Assembly: GCA_963800645.1 (NCBI GenBank)
Contig: CAWDBX010000011.1
Location: forward strand, 64,831-128,830
Direction: 5' to 3'
Origin: an uncultured Bacteroidales bacterium
GTDB lineage: Bacteria > Bacteroidota > Bacteroidia > Bacteroidales > UBA10428
DNA length: 64,000 nucleotides
The notes beneath the pieces are model-generated. The model was not told the origin of the DNA. It ran no database searches and saw only the letters and a list, made by a program, of their open reading frames with translations. Both the position numbers and the translations under genes were made by a program. Numbering within the stretch: the stretch's first letter is position 1; every line of letters begins with the position of its first letter. Positions 29,613 to 39,181 of this stretch are shown in pieces.

Positions 29613-30320
29613 CTACCGGGCATTGCGCTCGATCAGGACAGATTCATACAGGCTGGCAAAAGAACTGCTGACCCAGATGGATGCCGGAAAGATCCCGACA
29701 AAAAGCAAAAGCAATCCGGCTACATAGATAAAGAACGAAACAATGGCCATGGAAAAGATGGTCCAGCCGTGACCCCGGGTCATTTTCCAACTCTCTTCCA
29801 CGGCCATGATCGGATCCAGCTTCTTGTCCATGACCAGATAGCCTACAAAGGCCAGCCGGCATCCGATGATAATTCCGGGTACAACCAGCGCAATAATACC
29901 CAGCATGATTAATGCCACCGTAAGCAGGTTAGCCAAAACAATGCCGAGGTAATTCTCCCTGAATCCGCTGACCAGCATATTAAAATCAGGACGGGTATCT
30001 CTCACTGCCTGCAGGAACATCATCTTCCCGCCATACTTGAAAACAGGAATAATAAGAATAGCATACGCGAGTGCAAATAAACCGAAAATGACAGCTGCCA
30101 TTCCCAGGGCGATCATACCGAGATCGGGGAAATGCCAATTCCAGAGGTCGTGATGGGATTGATCAATGTTCCATTTGAATAGCTGGGGCGGTCCCATAAT
30201 AATGCCAACCACCAGCACCACGAGAAACAGGATCAGAAAATACTTCATCATTACATTCCAACCATGGTTGAAACTATTTCTGAAGGAAGGACTTAGTTTG
30301 GTTTGTTCAATTATTTCCAT
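29613..30320 (-). CDS. polytopic membrane protein, function unknown
   Basis: 235 aa with about 5-6 hydrophobic helices. I recognise no motif. Confidence 0.6.
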   Translation of the reverse strand: MEIIEQTKLSPSFRNSFNHGWNVMMKYFLILFLVVLVVGIIMGPPQLFKWNIDQSHHDLWNWHFPDLGMIALGMAAVIFGLFALAYAILIIPVFKYGGKMMFLQAVRDTRPDFNMLVSGFRENYLGIVLANLLTVALIMLGIIALVVPGIIIGCRLAFVGYLVMDKKLDPIMAVEESWKMTRGHGWTIFSMAIVSFFIYVAGLLLLFVGIFPASIWVSSSFASLYESVLIERNAR

Positions 30321-30386
30321 TGCATTAGATTAAAATACGTTTAAAACACTGGTCAAATGTACTGCGCGGGAATGATTTCCATTGCA

Positions 30387-30443
30387 TACCAAAGTAGTGT
30401 TGTTGTAAAATCCTACTTTGGTATAGTTGTCCCTACTTTGGTA
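30387..30443. repeat. TACCAAAGTAG (inverted) + CCTACTTTGGTA x2 (direct, 20 bp apart): candidate operator
   Basis: The copies are at 30387-30397, 30412-30423 and 30432-30443, in the divergent intergenic region. TTTCCATTGCAT is also repeated at 30314-30325 and 30376-30387. Confidence 0.45.
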
Positions 30444-30493
30444 GTATATCATTTTAACAGATCAATCCTTGGGTAAAATTTATATCTTTAAGT

Positions 30494-31420
30494 ATGATAA
30501 AATATTTGGTTACACTGGTTTTTGTCCTTTCAGTGGCTATAGCGTCAGGGAGTATTTTAATTTCTACTAAAATAAGAAGTCATTATAAGACGGATTTCCT
30601 TTCCACGCTGATGTACCTCCAGGCATTTTATTTTACCTATGGTTTTTATGCCATCTGGGGCCAGATCATCGTAGCTTCTTTTCTTTCCCCTTTCATCACC
30701 AGGGAAGCGCTGACCAGAGCAACCAACATCATGATTTTGCTTGGTTCACCGTTTGTTGTTTTCACCTGGCTCATGTTGCTGAAGTTTACCCTGGAGTTGT
30801 CGGGCCGTCTGATGCGCAATTCTTTTATATTCTTGTATTTGGCAGTAAATCTTTTGTTACCGGCAGGGATTGGCTTGATTCTTACGAAATTCACTTCACT
30901 GGATTCCTTTACGGTCATCAAATATTGTTTTATCACATTGAGTTTTTTGTATACTCTCGCGGGAGCAGCGTATCTTTTGTTCAAGGGGAAAAGGAAAGCC
31001 TTGTTGCGCAAGGCCGATGTGAAGAATATCTCCTTTGGTCTGGTTTTGTTCATGTTGCTTCAAAATGTGGTACTGTTCTATTATGAAGGAAATATTATGA
31101 TTGCCCTTGTTTTTATTCTCGTGTTTTTTATTGGCGGCGCATTCATCCCTGTTTATATCAGATACCTGTCCGATCTTTCAATACTCCTTTCATCATCAGA
31201 AATCAAGACAACATTCGAATTGCTTTGCAGAAACTATGAGATATCTCCCAGGGAAAAAGAAATCATCCGGGAGATCTGCAACGGTCTTTCCAACCAGCAA
31301 ATTGCCGATAAACTGTTTATAAGCTTGCAGACTGTTAAGGATCACACCAGCAGGATCTATTATAAAACCAATTGCAGCAGCCGGGCTCAACTCATGACCC
31401 TGGTGAAGGACAAAACTTAG
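30494..31420 (+). CDS. membrane-embedded LuxR-family (HTH) transcriptional regulator
   Basis: The N-terminal roughly 230 aa hold 6-7 TM helices. The C-terminus ..LSPREKEIIREICNGLSNQQIADKLFISLQTVKDHTSRIYYK.. is a LuxR/GerE-type HTH. Confidence 0.8.
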   Translation: MIKYLVTLVFVLSVAIASGSILISTKIRSHYKTDFLSTLMYLQAFYFTYGFYAIWGQIIVASFLSPFITREALTRATNIMILLGSPFVVFTWLMLLKFTLELSGRLMRNSFIFLYLAVNLLLPAGIGLILTKFTSLDSFTVIKYCFITLSFLYTLAGAAYLLFKGKRKALLRKADVKNISFGLVLFMLLQNVVLFYYEGNIMIALVFILVFFIGGAFIPVYIRYLSDLSILLSSSEIKTTFELLCRNYEISPREKEIIREICNGLSNQQIADKLFISLQTVKDHTSRIYYKTNCSSRAQLMTLVKDKT

Positions 31421-31435
31421 ATGGAGGTAATTCGT

Positions 31436-31967
31436 TTAGCGTTGATAAAACCTGAAAAATTCCCATAAAACGATTCCCGCACTGACGGCAATATTCAGTG
31501 AATGCTTGGTGCCGTGCTGAGGTATTTCAATCGCACCATCGCATAAATCCACTACCTCCTGCGCAACACCTTTTATTTCATGGCCGAAGATCAGGGCATA
31601 TTTTTCACCGGCAGCAATTTCGAATGTATGAAGAGCACTGCTGTGAACGGTTTGTTCCACAGCGTAAACCCGATAGTCCTGATGGCGCAGCATCTGCACG
31701 GCATCCACAGTATTTTCAAAATATTGCCAGTGAACCGATTCGGTTGCTCCAAGCGCTGTTTTACTGATCTCGCGATGAGGTGGCGTGGCCGTTATTCCGC
31801 AAAGGAAGATCCCTTGGAGAAGAAAAGCATCGCAGGTGCGGAATATTGAACCAATATTGTTCAGGCTTCTTACATTGTCCAGCACCACCAGTACCGGGTA
31901 TCTTCCCGGCCTGCCGGAATTCTTCAATGGTTTTACGGTTTAATTCCTCGTTCAACAGTTTTTTCAT
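31436..31967 (-). pseudogene. TrmH/SpoU family RNA 2'-O-methyltransferase, one frameshift near 31900
   Basis: MKKLLNEELNRKTIEEFRQAG / RYPVLVVLDNVRSLNNIGSIFRTCDAF.. followed by ..IEIPQHGTKHSLNIAVSAGIVLWE.. (SpoU motifs). Confidence 0.8.
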
Positions 31968-32065
31968 GGGTATTTAACCGGTTGGGTGAAAAAAGTACAA
32001 TGATAGCAATAGATGAGAAAAATTAAATATTTTCGTAAATTGAAATTAATGATAATTTACGGATT

Positions 32066-33253
32066 ATGAATATTCACGAGTACCAGGGTAAAGCTATTCT
32101 CAGCCGGTATGGAGTTTCCGTTCCAGGGGGAATTGTGGTAGATGATGCGGCAAAAGCCGAAAAGGCTGCTCTTGAGCTCCAGGAAAAGACCGGGGTTACC
32201 AGTTGGGTTGTGAAAGCCCAGATCCATGCCGGAGGCAGAGGCAAGGGCGGAGGGGTTAAACTGGCGCTCAACCCGGAAGAGGTAAAGAAACATGCCGGCA
32301 ATATTCTGGGGATGCAGCTTATAACACCACAAACCGGGCCCGAAGGTAAGAAGGTTCATAAGGTGCTGATTCAGCAGGATATCTATTATCCCGGTAACAG
32401 TCCCGTCCGTGAATTGTACCTGAGCGTGCTGCTTAACCGTTCCACGGGCCGGAATATTATCATGTATTCTACCGAGGGAGGAATGGATATCGAAACTGTC
32501 GCTGAAAAAACCCCGCATCTGATCTTTAAGGAAGAGATTAATCCCGCTGTTGGAATTCAACCTTTCCAGGCCCGGAAGATCGCTTTCAACCTGAAACTGG
32601 AGGGCAAGGCCTTTAAAGAAATGACCAGGTTTGTTACCGCTTTATACGGAGCCTATATCGCAAGCGACGCTTCTTTAATTGAGATCAATCCCCTGGTAAA
32701 AACTTCGGATGACCTGATCTTTGCCGCAGATGCCAAGATAAACCTCGATGACAATGCACTTTTCAGGCATCCTGATTATGAGGAAATGCGCGATCTGAAC
32801 GAAGAGGACCCTTCCGAAACCGAGGCGGCCAAACATAATCTGAATTTCGTCAAGTTAAATGGAAATGTGGGCTGCATGGTTAATGGGGCAGGACTCGCCA
32901 TGGCCACCATGGATATTATCAAACTGTCGGGTGGTGAACCAGCCAATTTCCTTGATGTAGGAGGGACCGCAAATGCGCAAACCGTAGAGGCCGGTTTCAG
33001 AATCATTCTTCAGGATCCCAGCGTGAAAGCAATTCTGATCAATATTTTTGGCGGAATTGTACGTTGTGACAGGGTTGCACAGGGCGTAGTCGACGCTTAT
33101 AAATCAATTGGTTCGGTCCGTGTTCCGGTAATAGTCCGCTTGCAGGGCACCAATGCCCGGGAGGCCAAAACACTCATCGATCATTCGGGATTGAAGGTAT
33201 ATTCGGCCATTTCATTGCAGGATGCTGCCGATCTGGTGAAAGCAAACGTCTAG
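32066..33253 (+). CDS. sucC: succinate--CoA ligase (ADP-forming) beta subunit
   Basis: MNIHEYQGKAILSRYGVSVPGG.. and ..NGAGLAMATMDIIKL.. are typical SucC. Confidence 0.95.
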   Translation: MNIHEYQGKAILSRYGVSVPGGIVVDDAAKAEKAALELQEKTGVTSWVVKAQIHAGGRGKGGGVKLALNPEEVKKHAGNILGMQLITPQTGPEGKKVHKVLIQQDIYYPGNSPVRELYLSVLLNRSTGRNIIMYSTEGGMDIETVAEKTPHLIFKEEINPAVGIQPFQARKIAFNLKLEGKAFKEMTRFVTALYGAYIASDASLIEINPLVKTSDDLIFAADAKINLDDNALFRHPDYEEMRDLNEEDPSETEAAKHNLNFVKLNGNVGCMVNGAGLAMATMDIIKLSGGEPANFLDVGGTANAQTVEAGFRIILQDPSVKAILINIFGGIVRCDRVAQGVVDAYKSIGSVRVPVIVRLQGTNAREAKTLIDHSGLKVYSAISLQDAADLVKANV

Positions 33254-33471
33254 TTCGCAACGCCAATTTTCTTATGGGTTTCGTCGCACCATGGTTTGTT
33301 GGCCGAACCACCGCAACGGCAAATATACAGTTCCTGCTCACCCTTTGATATTTTTCCGGAGGAATCCCTGAAGGTAAATACCCCTTTGATCATAATGGGT
33401 CCGTCTCTCAGTATTTTTACTTCGGCCGGCGGATGCGATGCAATTATTTCCTTTTCCATGTCATTCATCAT
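33250..33471 (-). CDS. CDGSH iron-sulfur domain protein
   Basis: 73 aa with the ..CRCGGSANKPWCDETHKK.. CDGSH-type motif. Confidence 0.85.
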   Translation of the reverse strand: MMNDMEKEIIASHPPAEVKILRDGPIMIKGVFTFRDSSGKISKGEQELYICRCGGSANKPWCDETHKKIGVAN

Positions 33472-33917
33472 TTCCCGATATAGCCAATTTTACGATGGGT
33501 TCCGTCACAATAGGGCAAATCATTGGAGGCCCCGCAACGGCATAAGGACGACATTTTCAGATGGCGCAGTTCTTTACCATCGGTGTCGTATAAGATAAAA
33601 TTGCCCCTGATGACCAGGGGACCATCTTCCATTACCCTTGCCTCGGCAATGCTTTCAGGTGATTCGGGCGACCTGTCGGCATCCATGTCAGCCTCCATAT
33701 CCTTATTATAACGGAATGAAAGGGCTTGTGTAGGACAAAGCTTCACCACGCGTATGATCTCTTCGGTAGGAGCACCATCCATATTCACCCAGGGTCTCTT
33801 TCGTGGATTGAATACCTCAATCAGTTCGCGATAACAGGTGGTGGCGTGAATACACTTGTGGGGTTGCCAGAAGACCGTGATTTCCCCATTCGTGTACTTC
33901 TTGTCGGTCTTGTCCAT
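33468..33917 (-). CDS. fused divergent 4Fe-4S mono-cluster domain + CDGSH domain protein
   Basis: ..ITVFWQPHKCIHATTCYREL...KLCPTQALSF.. followed by ..CRCGASNDLPYCDGTHRK... The ORF is open to 33977 but MDKTDKKY (33917) is the likelier start. ATGA overlap with the downstream CDGSH gene. Confidence 0.75.
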   Translation of the reverse strand: MDKTDKKYTNGEITVFWQPHKCIHATTCYRELIEVFNPRKRPWVNMDGAPTEEIIRVVKLCPTQALSFRYNKDMEADMDADRSPESPESIAEARVMEDGPLVIRGNFILYDTDGKELRHLKMSSLCRCGASNDLPYCDGTHRKIGYIGK

Positions 33918-34041
33918 GCTTTGTTTTTTGTAAAAATAGCAATTTATAGTTTTTGTTGGTACGTGTTTATAAAACAATGACCGGGTTTATCCGTTTAACA
34001 AATTGTTTGCTTTGCCAAATATTTTGTTATTTTAGGCTGTA

Positions 34042-34641
34042 ATGCCGAAGTATTTTATATTATTCTGTATCCTGACGGGTACATGGCTTCCGGTCCGCTC
34101 CCAGGATACTATCCGCATGGAGTTGGGCGGTTATCCGGTATATGCCGTGATCGTGGACGGAGATACTATTTTTGTGACAAATCTTGAAGAGGCAGTTATA
34201 CAGCCGCGCAAAAGATCTGCCGCAACACGTGATTACCGGCAATACCGGAAACTGATCTACAATGTGAAGAAGGTATACCCTTATGCAAAGCTTGCAGGTG
34301 CCAAATTCGAAGAGGTGAACGCCCATATGCAGACACTCAAAACAGGCAGGGAACAACGCGAATACATCAAGCAGGTGGAAGAAGAACTCCTTAAACAATA
34401 TGAAGAGGACCTTAAAAACCTTACCATTACACAGGGCAGGATCCTCATCAAACTGATTGACCGGGAAACCAGTAAAACATCTTACGAAGTGGTGAAGGAC
34501 CTGAGAGGTTCTTTCCAGGCAGCATTCTGGCAAGCGATTGCACGCATTTTCGGATCAAATCTGAAAACTGAATTTGATCCGGACGGTGAGGACAAGGTAC
34601 TGAATGAAATCATGATTATGATTGAAAATGGGCAGCTATAA
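34042..34641 (+). CDS. DUF4294-like secreted protein, function unknown
   Basis: 199 aa with a signal peptide. ..YRKLIYNVKKVYPYAKLAG.. is as I recall for DUF4294. Confidence 0.5.
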   Translation: MPKYFILFCILTGTWLPVRSQDTIRMELGGYPVYAVIVDGDTIFVTNLEEAVIQPRKRSAATRDYRQYRKLIYNVKKVYPYAKLAGAKFEEVNAHMQTLKTGREQREYIKQVEEELLKQYEEDLKNLTITQGRILIKLIDRETSKTSYEVVKDLRGSFQAAFWQAIARIFGSNLKTEFDPDGEDKVLNEIMIMIENGQL

Positions 34642-34689
34642 CCGAATAGTGAATACTGAATAATGCATACCGAACGCTGATTACCTGCT

Positions 34690-35256
34690 ATGATGAAGCG
34701 AACCTTTATTGCTGTTGGCGTAAAACCTACAACCAAATTAAAAGAGGATTATGACCTGGTGCGTTACAGGTTGAGGTTGGAGAGGATCAACTGGATATCA
34801 GTCGATCATTTGCATATAACGCTGAACTTTCTCGGAGATACAGACGATCAGATGATTCCTGAAATTGTCCGGTACCAGGAGAAAGTCGTGTCGGCAACCC
34901 CTGCCTTTCAACTTACGCTTCGTTCACTGGGGGTATTTAAAAGCCTGCAGGAACCCCGTGTGCTTTGGATGGGATGCGATCCCTGTCCCGGATTGGGCAA
35001 AATAAAATCTGAACTTGATCGTGACCTTTCCGGTCTTGGTTTTAAACCTGAGGCCCGGGAGTTCTCGCCGCATTTAACCCTGGGGCGCGTGAAGGAGATC
35101 CGGCAGATTAACCAGTTGGCACAATTGATTACCCTTTACAAGAATGTGGAAGTCCAAACCCAAACGGTGGAAAATATTACTTTTTTCGAGAGCAGGCTTA
35201 CTCCGTCTGGGCCGGAATATTTACCGATTCAGGTTTTTTCGCTCCAGGGGAAGTGA
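34690..35256 (+). CDS. thpR: RNA 2',3'-cyclic phosphodiesterase (2H phosphoesterase)
   Basis: Two HxT motifs: ..HLHITLNFLG.. and ..PHLTLGR... Confidence 0.85.
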   Translation: MMKRTFIAVGVKPTTKLKEDYDLVRYRLRLERINWISVDHLHITLNFLGDTDDQMIPEIVRYQEKVVSATPAFQLTLRSLGVFKSLQEPRVLWMGCDPCPGLGKIKSELDRDLSGLGFKPEAREFSPHLTLGRVKEIRQINQLAQLITLYKNVEVQTQTVENITFFESRLTPSGPEYLPIQVFSLQGK

Positions 35257-35283
35257 TTGGTCGCTCCTTCCGGACTTCTTTTT

Positions 35284-36702
35284 TCAAATTCCCTTTCTCT
35301 TGATAATCGTGAGAATGGTATAAATGATTATTTTGAAGTCAACGTAAAGCGACATATTGTCAAGATAAATAAGGTCGTATTTTAACCGGTGAATCATTTG
35401 TTCAACATTTTCAGCATAACCATACTTCACTTGTCCCCAGGAGGTAATGCCGGGCTTGATTTTAAGCAGGTGGAGGTAATGCGGGGCAATCTGAACGATC
35501 TGATCAATGAAATGTTTGCGTTCGGGTCTGGGTCCTACCAGGGACATATCACCTTTCAATACGTTAATGAAATTTGGGATTTCATCAAACCGGGTCTTGC
35601 GCATGAATTTTCCAAACCGCGTAATCCGGTCATCGGTTTTGGATGAAAGTCCCGGACCATCTTTTTCTGCATCCAGGTACATCGACCGGAATTTGTAAAT
35701 GATAAACGGCTTTCCGTATCGGCCAATCCTTTCGTGGCTGTAAAATACCGGACCTTTCGAGGAGAGTTTGATACCAATGACCAGAAAAATGCAGAGCGGA
35801 AAAGTAATTACAAGGGCCAGGGCAGCGATGAAATAATCAAGGAAGTCCTTAATATTCTCCTGCCAGGCTGGCATCAGAATATGCGACACGGATATCAACG
35901 GGGTGCCCAGGATGGAATTCATCCTGACCCTGCCGGTAAGGATATCGTACATGCTGGGAATGGCCTTGATGACTACATTGGAATCGATCAGTTTATTGAT
36001 GATGCGGTTGATCATGTCATGTTCGGATGTTTCGATGGCAATGATCACTTCCTCTACCTTTTTTTCTGATATTATACTGCGCAGGTTATCAATATTTCCA
36101 AGATGCGGAAGGTAATTACCCAGTAAATTCTTCGAATTGTTGTTTACATTGACAAATCCGATAAACAGATTGCCGCTGCCCCTTTTCTGGCTGATCACTT
36201 CCTGCCAGGCGTCAACAGCTTTTGAATTGCTGCCGATGAGCAGGGTGTTAAATCCGATCTCCCCGCGATGCACCTTATGGGTGGTTATGGTGGTAATAAT
36301 CAGTCGGGGCAAATAAGTAAAAAGAAACTGCAAGGCTAACAGGACAAAATATGGAGAAAAGGCACCCTCCTTGCTGACCAGTTCTTCAGGAGTAATATCG
36401 AAAATGAGGAAAAGTATCACTGAACCGATCAGCGTGTTGCCAAATGTTTGCCATAGTTCCAGGAGTCTTGATTTTCGGAATACATCATTGTAATAGCCGG
36501 TGATGAAGTAAATAAAAAGCCAGTAGAATGGCAGAATAAGTAGTCCCTGAAAATATAACCGGTTTAAAATGACCAGACTGTCAATACTGCTCTGGCTTAA
36601 GTTGAGTGAGTATTTTCGGTACAGGTAAAAGACACTCCATGCGGTGATTACCGATATGAGATCCGAAGCCAAATATTTCAGCAGTTGTAATCTTCTGTTC
36701 AT
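35284..36702 (-). CDS. polyprenyl glycosylphosphotransferase (WbaP-like initiating sugar transferase)
   Basis: 472 aa with N-terminal TM helices. The C-terminal bacterial sugar transferase domain reads ..SLVGPRPERKHF...KPGITSWGQV... Confidence 0.85.
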   Translation of the reverse strand: MNRRLQLLKYLASDLISVITAWSVFYLYRKYSLNLSQSSIDSLVILNRLYFQGLLILPFYWLFIYFITGYYNDVFRKSRLLELWQTFGNTLIGSVILFLIFDITPEELVSKEGAFSPYFVLLALQFLFTYLPRLIITTITTHKVHRGEIGFNTLLIGSNSKAVDAWQEVISQKRGSGNLFIGFVNVNNNSKNLLGNYLPHLGNIDNLRSIISEKKVEEVIIAIETSEHDMINRIINKLIDSNVVIKAIPSMYDILTGRVRMNSILGTPLISVSHILMPAWQENIKDFLDYFIAALALVITFPLCIFLVIGIKLSSKGPVFYSHERIGRYGKPFIIYKFRSMYLDAEKDGPGLSSKTDDRITRFGKFMRKTRFDEIPNFINVLKGDMSLVGPRPERKHFIDQIVQIAPHYLHLLKIKPGITSWGQVKYGYAENVEQMIHRLKYDLIYLDNMSLYVDFKIIIYTILTIIKRKGI

Positions 36703-36742
36703 TCAGTCCGGTTCAGTTCAAAAAATGCCGTGCAATGGGAAT

Positions 36743-37687
36743 TCAGGCACACTGAATAAGTGTTTTCATAACCTTTTCAAGTATACGATCGGTCAGGACA
36801 TAAGATTCAAATCCGTTATCGTTCATGGAAAGAAATGCCGGGTTTGAATGAATCAGGGAAAAGAATTCCGACAAGTCATGATAAAGCGAATCTGTTTGTT
36901 CAACCTGAATATTTTCTATAAAGATAGGACTTTCATTTTGATTTTCGGTACGCTGCAGGTGCCATCCTGTGAGTTCGTTGGTGATGAAGTTGTACTTTAA
37001 TATTTTGTTCTTTGCCACAATGGTAATGAGAAACTCATTTTGTGCAGCCACTAAATTGCAGTTGTAATTAACTGCACACCCATTATCAAATTCAAGCCGT
37101 GCATTGATGATCTCGGGCTGCGAAGAAAGCATACACAGGCCTTTGGCTTTGATGGAAATATTCCTGGCATGGATCAGACGGTTAATTATTTCCATATCGC
37201 CGAGCAGGGCTTCCGATGTGCCATAGGTTTTACCGGTATGGGAAATTTTGCTGTAATGCTGAAGCTCAATCATGCTGATGGCATCGAGTTCGGGTAACGC
37301 ATGCAGTAAACCCGGGATCCCGGTATTGCCGGTTCTGCCGCATTTGAGTATTACATTGGCTTCCCGCGCCAGTTGGGTGAAATGATAGACCTCATTTACC
37401 GACAGAATAACAGAAGGATAAAGAAATACATGACTGGGCATTTCTGAGCGCTGCTATGGCCAGTCGATTACAAAAGGTTCCTGCATCGGTGATGATCAGT
37501 GCATCAGCTTTTTCAAGGATGTATTTCGGGTTCGGAACATATGACTGCCGGTATCGGATTCAAGGGCGAATTCCTGGATGCCACTGATAATCCAGCGTCT
37601 AATGATCCGGATATCCTGAATTTTGCTTAATGCATTTGTATGCCTGTTAACAGCTGAAAGGGAGCCAGTAATTCCAACATTAATCAT
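36743..37687 (-). pseudogene. Gfo/Idh/MocA-like oxidoreductase, frameshifted near 37450-37500
   Basis: The N-terminal Rossmann-like MINVGITGSLSAVNRHTNAL.. fragment (37687-37496) is followed in another frame by ..HVFLYPSVILSVNEVYHFTQLAREANVILKCG... Confidence 0.55.
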
Positions 37688-37786
37688 TCATCCGGCATTT
37701 GCACAAACATAAATTATTTAGAAATAAGGGTTATTTTTTTTAGATCTAACTTATCAACTAATTTTGTTGATAAAACAACTCAGATC

Positions 37787-38439
37787 ATGCACGACATGGA
37801 GGACAATTTTCAGCATAAAGGTTTGCGCAATAAATTGGTAGAGGAAATCAGACGAAAAGGAATTGTTGACGAAAGGGTTTTGGCAGCGATCAATAAAGTA
37901 CCACGGCACTTATTTATGGACAGTGGATTCATCAAATTCGCCTACCGTGATCAGGCTTTCCCGATAAGAGCCGGACAAACTATATCGCAACCCTATACCG
38001 TTGCCTTTCAGACGCAGCTGCTTGAGGTGGATGCCGATGCACAAAGTGCTTGAAGTAGGAACGGGTTCGGGATACCAGGCAGCAGTGCTGGCTAGAAATG
38101 GGGGCAAAAGTTTATACCATCGAAAGGCAAAAGGAGCTTTATCTCTTATCGCAATCGCTGCTGAGCTCTTTGCATTACCGTCTTCATTTCTTTTATGGCG
38201 ACGGATACCAGGGATTACCCACTTACGGACCCTTTGACCGTATCCTGATTACCGCCGCAGCACCTGAAATTCCCGAAAAACTCCTCGAACAGTTAAAACC
38301 CGGAGGCAGGCTTGTGGTGCCGCTTGGCGGGGAGAAATCACAAGTAATGACATTGATAGAAAAGAAGGGAGAAAAGGATTACAAAAAATCGGAACACGGA
38401 TTATTTGTTTTTGTTCCAATGTTAGGCGGAAAAGAATAA
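37787..38439 (+). pseudogene. pcm: protein-L-isoaspartate O-methyltransferase, two frameshifts (about 38030 and 38100)
   Basis: Three frames read ..GQTISQPYTVAFQTQLLEV / ..KVLEVGTGSGYQAAVLA / ..GAKVYTIERQKEL...DRILITAAAPEIP...GGRLVVP... Confidence 0.85.
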
Positions 38440-38473
38440 CTTGCAGGGGTAGTATGACGATAACCTGAACCAA

Positions 38474-39112
38474 ATGATCACTATCAAGAGCTTTGTTTTT
38501 AATGAATTAGAGGTAAACGGCTTTGTGCTGTATGATGAAACGCGGGAATGCATCGTAGTGGATCCGGGTTGCAATACAGCGCAACAGTGCAATGCACTGA
38601 AAGATTTTATCGACGGCCAGTTGCTGAGACCCGTATGCCTTGTCAATACCCACGGACATTTTGACCATATTTTCGGAAATGCCTGGATCAAAAATACCTA
38701 CCAGTGCCCCTTGCTGATCCACCAGGATGATCTGCCCTTGCTGGAACACGCTGACAAGTATGCCGGTATTTTCGGTTTTAAAACGGAGAGATCTCCTATG
38801 CCTGACCGGTTTCTCAGTGAAGGGGAATCCTTGAGCTTCGGCAATACCAGGTTGGAAATTCTTCATGTTCCGGGTCACTCTCCGGGTAGTATCGTATTGT
38901 ATTCGGATTCCGATAAGTTACTGATATGTGGGGATGTCTTGTTCCATGGCAGTATCGGACGAACCGATCTGTTGGGAGGTGATTACGATCTTCTGATCAG
39001 GGGCATTCGGAATAAATTATTAACGTTACCGCGCGATACTGTTGTTTGGCCTGGACACGGCCCAAAAACAACAATCGGGCATGAATATGACACAAATCCT
39101 TTTTTAAGATAA
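38474..39112 (+). CDS. MBL-fold metallo-hydrolase
   Basis: Contains ..LVNTHGHFDHIFGN.. (HxHxDH) and ..HVPGHSPGS... Confidence 0.85.
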   Translation: MITIKSFVFNELEVNGFVLYDETRECIVVDPGCNTAQQCNALKDFIDGQLLRPVCLVNTHGHFDHIFGNAWIKNTYQCPLLIHQDDLPLLEHADKYAGIFGFKTERSPMPDRFLSEGESLSFGNTRLEILHVPGHSPGSIVLYSDSDKLLICGDVLFHGSIGRTDLLGGDYDLLIRGIRNKLLTLPRDTVVWPGHGPKTTIGHEYDTNPFLR

Positions 39113-39181
39113 GCAATGATCTCAATTTTATGGGCAGTTTCAAGAAATAGTGTGAATAATAACATTTAGATAAGTCAACAC

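Noticed and set aside
39113-39181. Possible glycine riboswitch upstream of gcvP.
   Set aside because: The spacer is only about 69 nt and AT-rich. It lacks the conserved GGAGAG...CACCG-type aptamer cores.
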